Part shown: positions 48,446 through 56,187 of the stretch, piece after piece | How the letters are laid out: every line of letters begins with the position of its first letter | Position numbering within the stretch: the first letter of the stretch is position 1 | The notes under the pieces: generated by a model | Databases searched by the model: none | What the model saw: the letters and a program-made list of their open reading frames with translations, nothing else | What the model was told of the DNA's origin: nothing | Assembly (NCBI RefSeq): GCF_001194135.2 | Contig: NC_068994.1 | Location: 21,920,114-21,976,300 of the forward strand | Source: Octopus bimaculoides | Taxonomy: Eukaryota | Reading direction: 5' to 3' | DNA: 56,187 bases | Made by a program: the position numbers and the translations under genes

Positions 48446-48729
48446 TAAATACAAGGCGGTCTACCAATTCTGGCAACAGCTGCCCTTATTTTTGACGAAC
48501 TATTTATTCTTAGAAATTTCGCGTAGCTCGACTTCGGAGATACCATTTGTATGTATCGAAGCATGCATATATGTAGAGGGATGGGTTCTGCCAGCTCTAA
48601 AAAAATGCCTGAGACACGTCGTGTCTCACAACGGCCTCCTTACGACTACATCAAGAAGCTGAGGAAAGACATGTATGTACGTATGTATGTATGTATGTAT
48701 GTATGTATGTATGTATGTATGTATGTATG

Positions 48730-49712
48730 TCATTATTCAGTTTATTTCAAGGTTTCTTGCCAATAGAAAAAGAACCAATTTCTAACCTAGATCCAAAGCT
48801 CCTTCGTTGGAATTTCAACATCAACAACAGGGTATTTTTGTTTGCATATATGTATGTATGCATGTATGTATGTATGTATGTATGTATGTATGTATGTATG
48901 TATGTATGCATGTGCAGATTTGTATGTTTTATGTATGTATTCTCATGCATATAGTTGCATATCTAGACATGCTCATATATATCTAAATGATAAACTTCTG
49001 GAAAGTTTTACAGATTTTTACAGTTCCAGTGATGGATTGGATCTGTAGTCTTCGAATTAGCTTTCTCCTTTCTGGTTTTGAGAAGCCTATTTTCTCAAGA
49101 TTAGTATTTAGGTAGCGTGTTACATATCCCAGGGCCCCAATAATTACAGGTATAAACCTGAACATGTAATCTGGATAGAGTAACTGCGAATTTCTCAATA
49201 GTTCAGCGTAGGTATTCTCTTTTTCACTGATCTTCAGCTTTATGTTAACATCTGCTGAGCAGCTAATTTCCACAACTGTGCGCAGTTTCTTTTCTCTATC
49301 CCAAATCATTATATCAGGTCTGTTGTGCTTACATTTTATTGAGGTCTTCGTTGAGACATTCCATCAGTACTCCTTTTTTATTATGAGTGGCTATGGCTTC
49401 TACCATATTGTGGGTTCTTATTTCTTTGTCCTCGGGATTATCCTTCCGACGGATTTCATTATAGAGTGTCCTAGCTGCAACATGTCTCATCGGTAGATAA
49501 TACCGTGATGACATTTTCGTTCAATTGCTTATGATGTGGGTGATATCTTCAGTGTGAACTCCACAAAATCTGCATCGATTGTCACATTTTACGGCCTTTC
49601 CTGCATCTCTATCTCTTTTGTGCATTAGGTACTTGTTTGATATTTCCTGTTCCTGGATTGCAAATGTATACCCTTCAAAATGGGAGGTAGTAATCCGGCT
49701 ATTGGTCCATGA
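48730..49712 (-). mobile_element. R4/Dong-like RLE LINE, best copy, about 1-kb 3' end, embedded in (TATG)n
   Basis: C-x2-C-x8-H zinc knuckle CRFCGVHTEDITHIISN*, RPD/EISC/K RLE, stop at 48983, 3' UTR ending AATAAACTGAATAATGA|CATACATA. Confidence 0.92.
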
Positions 49713-50629
49713 TGTATGTATGTATGTATGTATGTATTGTAATGTGGTGCATATAGTGCAGTAATACCTACAACCATTTTGGATACACGTTACTGCCGGT
49801 AGCTAGTACATGTGCTGATGCAGGAGGCAACTTTCCGTGTGAGAGTCTTCCCTACTGTAACTTAGCTTCTCCTTGACTAAGACTTCTTTCAGATTCAAAC
49901 TTTAACTGAATGTTTTGTGTCAAGTGAACTTGTCAGGGAACTCGGAGATTCATTGGGCCCCAGAGTTATAGATACTGGGCTACCCTTGGGAATACGCGCT
50001 GACACTTCTCAGTTGCTACCTTGCTACCCCGCGGGTTAGTCCAGAAAGACCAAGGCTAGAGAAGTACAGTTCAAGAGAGAAAAAAAAATCTACAACTGTC
50101 AGCTTGACGACGGTTTCTGATTGATTAGGTTCCCGGCATCTTTCTATAGCTGGGATTAGTTACCTGTCATTTTGGGTTATTCTTGGTGCTGTCGCTATCG
50201 CCTTCACAGCGAAGATAATGATACTGAGAAATGTGGAAATGCGCAGTCTGATACCACGCTCATCGTTGCGTAGCTATCTTTTCCTGCAACATCGATCTCG
50301 GATCTCAGAGCTGGTCTTTGTCATTGCGGCGGCCTTGAATTTCGCACAACTCCTGCAATGAAATACCGCCACATCAGTACTTCCCTCGCGCAATAAGTCT
50401 AATATACAGGCGCAACAGTCGCGATTCTCTGGGCGCCCGGGTAGCTGTATTTTCCACAGCTAGTATGTACATAGTTTTTGGATGGTTTTTACATATTTTT
50501 AATGACTAATAATTCTCTAATTATACATGTTGTGAAATCCAACTTCTGTGAAGACTGGTATTGAAACTGTTAGTTTCATAATCATGCCTCTCGCACCAAT
50601 AATTACAACTTATGTATGTATTTATGTGC

Positions 50630-50707
50630 TGCATGCATGCATGCATGCATGCATACATACATACATACATACATACATACATACATACATACATACATAC
50701 ATACATA
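50630..50707. repeat. (CATG)n/(CATA)n microsatellite
   Basis: Direct reading. Confidence 0.95.
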
Positions 50708-50964
50708 CGATTTTGCTGTGAAACCTATTTAGCATTGGTTTTTCGAGCATGTTTTATCAGTATTGAACTTTTTCCTGTGCATTTCTTTCTTCTAAAATTT
50801 TATCTTATTTTTTCGTTTTTTATTTACCTTTGAAAAACGTAGAAATATTGTTGACACCAGTATTGTATTTTGATAAATTTAAAATATATTTATAAAAAAC
50901 TACAATTCGCTCTTAGCCTCAGGTGCATTTCCAGCTCCCAAAGTAATTATCTTTTATATATTTA

Positions 50965-51125
50965 GACACAGGCGTGATTGTGTGGTAAGAAGTTAGCTTC
51001 CTAACCATACAGTTCCAAGTTCAGTCGACAGCATATAGCATCTTGGGAAAGTGTCTTCTATTATAGCCTCAGGCCGGCCAAAGCCTTGTGAGTGGATTTG
51101 GTTGAAGGAGACTGAAAGAAGCTCG

Positions 51126-51162
<37 letters not shown>

Positions 51163-51378
51163 TGTCTGCGCGTGTCTTTGTGTCTGTATTTGTCCCCAAC
51201 AGACCGCTTGTAACCGGTGTCGGTATGTTTACGTCCCCGTAATTTAGCGGTTCGACAACAGTGGCCGATAGAATGAGTACTAGGGTTAAAATAAAATAAA
51301 TCCTGGGGTCGATTCGTTGGTCTAAAAAAACCCACCTCTGCAAAGCCGCAGTCGAATGACTGAAACAATTAAAAGATA
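50965..51378 (+). mobile_element. SINE family A
   Basis: Consensus match with internal (TG)n. Confidence 0.9.
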
Positions 51379-52283
51379 ATGGNNNNNNNNNNNNNNNNNN
51401 NNNNNNNNNNNNNNNNNNNNNNNNNNNNNNNNNNNNNNNNNNNNNNNNNNNNNNNNNNNNNNNNNNNNNNNNNNNNNNNNNNNNNNNNNNNNNNNNNNNN
51501 NNNNNNNNNNNNNNNNNNNNNNNNNNNNNNNNNNNNNNNNNNNNNNNNNNNNNNNNNNNNNNNNNNNNNNNNNNNNNNNNNNNNNNNNNNNNNNNNNNNN
51601 NNNNNNNNNNNNNNNNNNNNNNNNNNNNNNNNNNNNNNNNNNNNNNNNNNNNNNNNNNNNNNNNNNNNNNNNNNNNNNNNNNNNNNNNNNNNNNNNNNNN
51701 NNNNNNNNNNNNNNNNNNNNNNNNNNNNNNNNNNNNNNNNNNNNNNNNNNNNNNNNNNNNNNNNNNNNNNNNNNNNNNNNNNNNNNNNNNNNNNNNNNNN
51801 NNNNNNNNNNNNNNNNNNNNNNNNNNNNNNNNNNNNNNNNNNNNNNNNNNNNNNNNNNNNNNNNNNNNNNNNNNNNNNNNNNNNNNNNNNNNNNNNNNNN
51901 NNNNNNNNNNNNNNNNNNNNNNNNNNNNNNNNNNNNNNNNNNNNNNNNNNNNNNNNNNNNNNNNNNNNNNNNNNNNNNNNNNNNNNNNNNNNNNNNNNNN
52001 NNNNNNNNNNNNNNNNNNNNNNNNNNNNNNNNNNNNNNNCTCTCTCTCTCTCTCTCTCTCTCCCCCACCAATTCAGCTCCCCACTCGGCTTTACTACGCC
52101 GTAAGAAAGGTTGTTGGAGATCACTCATAACATTCATTTCTCTTGAAATAAAATTGGAGCGAGGGCTTGCAACTTCCTCATAGAAAAGCTAATACGTTGT
52201 TAAACGTATTAGTCAAAGAACAGTCCAAGAACAGTCCAAGAACAGCACCGAAATGCAGTGCTGTAACTGAACACATATATACT

Positions 52284-52494
52284 GGTTTCAAATTTTGGGA
52301 CAAGGCCAGCAATTTTGGGGCTTGGGGTAAGTCGATTATATCGACCCCAGTGCTCCACTGGTCTTTATTTCATTGACCGCTAAAAGATGAAAGGCAAAGT
52401 GAATCCCAGCTGTATTTGTGCTCAGATCGTAAAGACGGACGAAATGCCGCTAAGCATTTTTCCGGCGTGTTAACGATTCTGCTAGCTCGCCGCC
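52284..52494 (-). mobile_element. SINE family B
   Basis: Reverse complement of the consensus; GAACACATAT on both sides. Confidence 0.9.
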
Positions 52495-52665
52495 TGCAGA
52501 ACACATATTACTACTAAATATATTTAGAACTGACATAAGTTTCGTCTTGCGACTGATCAAAGACGAAATTTAAGTTACTATTCAACATATTTAGTTGCAA
52601 TACACACACATACAAAGCATGATTCCTATCTATGTGGTCATAAGTTCCGTCAAGATGGGCGGATA

Positions 52666-53187
52666 CGAAATTTTTTTCCCATGAGAGTCCTGGACTCCAG
52701 TAATGAACTTATTTGCATACAGCCAATCAAAACTCACCTTGACCTTGTTGTCAAGTTAACAAACACACTCTACCAAGTAAACTCAAGACGAAGACCGGTG
52801 TTGTAAGTCGACCGATCGCCAAGTTATACCTGATTTTAGGAGACAAGTAATTAGACAGATTTGCTTCTATACCTATTATCGGATTTTGTTAGGGCCCCAT
52901 ATGGTAAAGATGTGGATGGGGAAAATGTGGGCAGAGGGTGGTGTGCTAGCAACTCTTTCCCCCTCCTCTTTTGCAAAGTAAACGACAACACAAATAACTA
53001 CGCAGAGCCAGCCAGCAAGCATTCTTAAAAGAGAAAAGAAGCATGGTCATTCCTTACCCAGGTGACCTCATCTTATCGCCCATCACTTGTTACGAGCTCA
53101 TAAATTAGTTTGATAGGTGAGCTGTAATTGGCTGTATGCAAATGAGTTTATTACTGGGGTCCGGAAATCTTGTGGGAAAAAAATTCG
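52666..53187. mobile_element. MITE with about 72-bp TIRs containing octamer and CCAAT motifs
   Basis: 52666-52738 is the reverse complement of 53116-53187, sharing ATTTGCATACAGCCAAT. Confidence 0.8.
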
Positions 53188-53557
53188 CAGGCGGGACCTT
53201 GTGCAAGTGTCTAACGATAGCTTCGGGCCTTATGAGTGGATTTGGCAGGCGGAAATCAAAGGAAGCCCGTTGTGCGTGCGTGCGCGCGCGCGTGTATGTG
53301 TGTGTGTGTGTATGTGTATGTGTGTGTGTGTATGTGTGTGTGTATGTGTGTGTGTGTATGTGTGTGTGTGTGTTTTGATGCGCTTGTCCCTTGGAGACCG
53401 GTGTTCGTTTGTTTACATATCTGCATTTTAGCGGTTAGAGACCGATAGAATAAGTAGTAGACTTAAATTAAAAAAAAAAAATGATGAGTACTGGAGTCGA
53501 TTCAGGCGGTCCTCCAGCATGGCTGTCGTTCAATGACTGAAACACGTAAGATAAAGA
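53186..53557 (+). mobile_element. SINE family A, headless and diverged
   Basis: GAGTGGATTTGGCAGGCGGAAA..GACCGATAGAATAAGTA..CTCCAGCATGGC. Confidence 0.8.
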
Positions 53558-53566
53558 TGCGTGTAT

Positions 53567-53603
<37 letters not shown>

Positions 53604-54250
53604 AGTACGCATGTTTATCTGTAATGTATATACATACACACAGTATAGGGATAGAGATAGATATATAGACAGATGCTATAGTACATTCTAACTTGGTATT
53701 AAAATAAAGTTGACGGTTTTCGCTTCAACGAAGAAACATGCTTCCACTCACATGTGTACATGTGTATGTGCTTGTGTCTGTCTATGTATATACTTACATA
53801 TGTATGTATGTATGTATATTAGATGTTATACAAAAAAAAAAAAAAGACTGATTGAGAATGATTCCCTCACTTCCCAAGATACAACATTCAGCTCACAGGT
53901 GTTGCCTTCTGTTGTGCTACTGCAGCGAGTTATACTCCTCTGAACTGGTTTTCTCCGTCCTTCTTCCATCAGGCTCAGTACAGTCGTTTCTCCTCGTTTC
54001 TCACCTACTGCGTCTCAACACTCAGATCCGTCCTAAGTACTACCTAATTCTTTCTTCCCAGAAAAACAAACCACAAGAAACTGCTTGTTCTCAGATATTT
54101 TTCCATGATGACATCGACCTATTGATTCTCAGACTGAACTTCAGCTGCAACAGTTTGCTAGAGCTAGAAAAGGTCATAGGAATTTCCTATCCTTCTTCGA
54201 TTAACTAAAAGAAAACACACACTTACACATAAATACACACACACTCAGAT

Positions 54251-54282
<32 letters not shown>

Positions 54283-54335
54283 TATATCCCCAAAATTAAA
54301 AGATTAGATAGAAAGATTTATATATATATATATAT

Positions 54336-54492
54336 TCTTTTATTCTTTTCAGTCATATTGACAGCGGCCATGCTGGAGCACCGCCTTTAGTCGAGCAAAT
54401 TGACTAAATTACGGAGACGTAAACACACCAGCATCGATGTCAAGCGATGTTGGGACACATACACACACACACACAAACATACACAAACATAT

Positions 54493-54529
<37 letters not shown>

Positions 54530-54692
54530 CGACGGGCTTCTTTCAGTTTCCGTCTACCAAATCCATTCACAAGGCTTTGGTCGGCCCGAGGCTATAGTTG
54601 AAGACACTTGCCCAAGGTGCCACGCAGTGGGACTGAACCTGGAACCATGTGGTTGGTTAGCAAACTACTTACCACACAGCCACTCCTGCGCC
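54336..54692 (-). mobile_element. SINE family A, near-consensus
   Basis: Reverse complement match; head GGCGCAGGAGTGGCTGTGTGG. Confidence 0.92.
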
Positions 54693-54693
54693 T

Positions 54694-54726
<33 letters not shown>

Positions 54727-54728
54727 TA

Positions 54729-54932
54729 TTCTTTTATTATTCGTTTCAGTCATTTGACTGTGGCCATGCTGGAGCAAAGCCTTTAGTCGAACACATCGAT
54801 CTCAGCNNNNNNNNNNNNNNNNNNNNNNNNNNNNNNNNNNNNNNNNNNNNNNNNNNNNNNNNNNNNNNNNNNNNNNNNNNNNNNNNNNNNNNNNNNNNNN
54901 NNNNNNNNNNNNNNNNNNNNNNNNNNNNNNNN

Positions 54933-54968
<36 letters not shown>

Positions 54969-55126
54969 GACAAGCTTCTTTCACTTTCCATCTACCAAAT
55001 CCACTCACAAGGCTTTGGTCGGTCTGAGGCTATAGTAGAAGACACTTGCCCAAGGTGCCACGCAGTGGGACAGAACCCGAAGCAATGTGGTTGGTAAGCA
55101 AGTTACCACACAGCCACTCCTGCGCC
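54729..55126 (-). mobile_element. SINE family A, head-to-tail with the previous copy, contains a gap
   Basis: Reverse complement match on both sides of the gap at 54807-54932. Confidence 0.9.
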
Positions 55127-55225
55127 TTAAATATTATTATTATAGTAATGATTATTTGCCAACATAATGTGGCAGTCCTAGTTAGGACGAATGTTACTGT
55201 TATTTAACCCCAAGAAATCTATCTA

Positions 55226-55256
<31 letters not shown>

Positions 55257-55281
55257 GTCTATCTATCTATCTATCTATCTA

Positions 55282-55346
<65 letters not shown>

Positions 55347-55986
55347 ATTAAAGAGTTATTTATATTGTATATATATATGACAGTTATATAGATAGATAGA
55401 TAGATAGATAGACAGAGACAGACAGCCAGACAGACACACTTCTCAAAACCCACTGCATGCCAACAAATCGATTTCACCAATATATGAAGAACACAAATAC
55501 ATTGCGCCTCTTCGTAAGACTAAATATTCTAAAACATGCAAACAACATAGGCCTGTAAGGACCATTAAAAAGATCGCCATCTTTTCTTATATGCCGTATC
55601 CCCAGCAAAATATTCCAAATGAAGAACAACCTACAGTGGAATAATACTTCACTGATTTACAATGTATTTGTGAAATCACGTTCTCTGAGTTTCTTGTAAA
55701 TGTCACATTAACACTGAGGTGGATATCACCAGGAAAACAAAAAATCCAGTCCGTCAAAAAAATATCTGGCACATGACAATAACGACTGAATCTTCTAACA
55801 TATGTTTCACGCAGAGGATATTTGCTGAGCAACTGTCAGCTACACGACAAACAAATTTAATTAAAATGAATCGATATAAGATAGCGTAATTCATAAAAAA
55901 AAAACGTATGGAGATATAAAAATTCAGGCATGTGTGACTATATGTGTGTATGTGTGTATGTGTGTATGCATGTGTATGTGTGAGCG

Positions 55987-56035
<49 letters not shown>

Positions 56036-56187
56036 CTGCTTGGTTAGAACTAAGCTTACTTTCAATGACTGAGAAGGAAGCAGTGATTTCTTCATTTAGA
56101 CATTATCAATAAAATAACCTCGTGGTTTGTTAATTGTAACCAAAGTAGCACTTAAAACCGCGTTCCAGCATCATTTTGCGTTATTTC

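Noticed and set aside
1-56187. CRISPR arrays, rRNA, operon-like systems
   Set aside because: None seen; the sequence is eukaryotic repeat-rich DNA

Overview
Repeat-saturated, gap-ridden metazoan genomic DNA, most likely an octopus scaffold (inferred from the tRNA-derived SINE families and the extreme microsatellite load). No intact host protein-coding gene is recognisable; almost every ORF in the track is a microsatellite, N-gap or decayed-transposon artefact. Supported content: many copies of two tRNA-headed SINE families; two decayed Penelope-like elements (RT plus GIY-YIG, one with inverted pseudo-LTRs); several 5'-truncated R4/Dong-like RLE LINEs that all sit in (CATA)n arrays; an RTE LINE 3' end; hAT and mariner relics and MITEs; a Helentron-like element; a probable solo LTR; and a full-length U6 snRNA pseudogene fused almost directly to a SINE head. 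The most interesting signals are hammerhead-ribozyme motifs in fold-back structures (1602-2078, 21394-21478), apparent (CATA)n-specific targeting by the RLE LINE, the U6-SINE junction, a TSD-flanked MITE carrying telomeric repeats, and an unidentified decayed coding relic at about 24.6-25.7 kb. All alignments and translations were done by eye and family names come from remembered motifs, not database searches.
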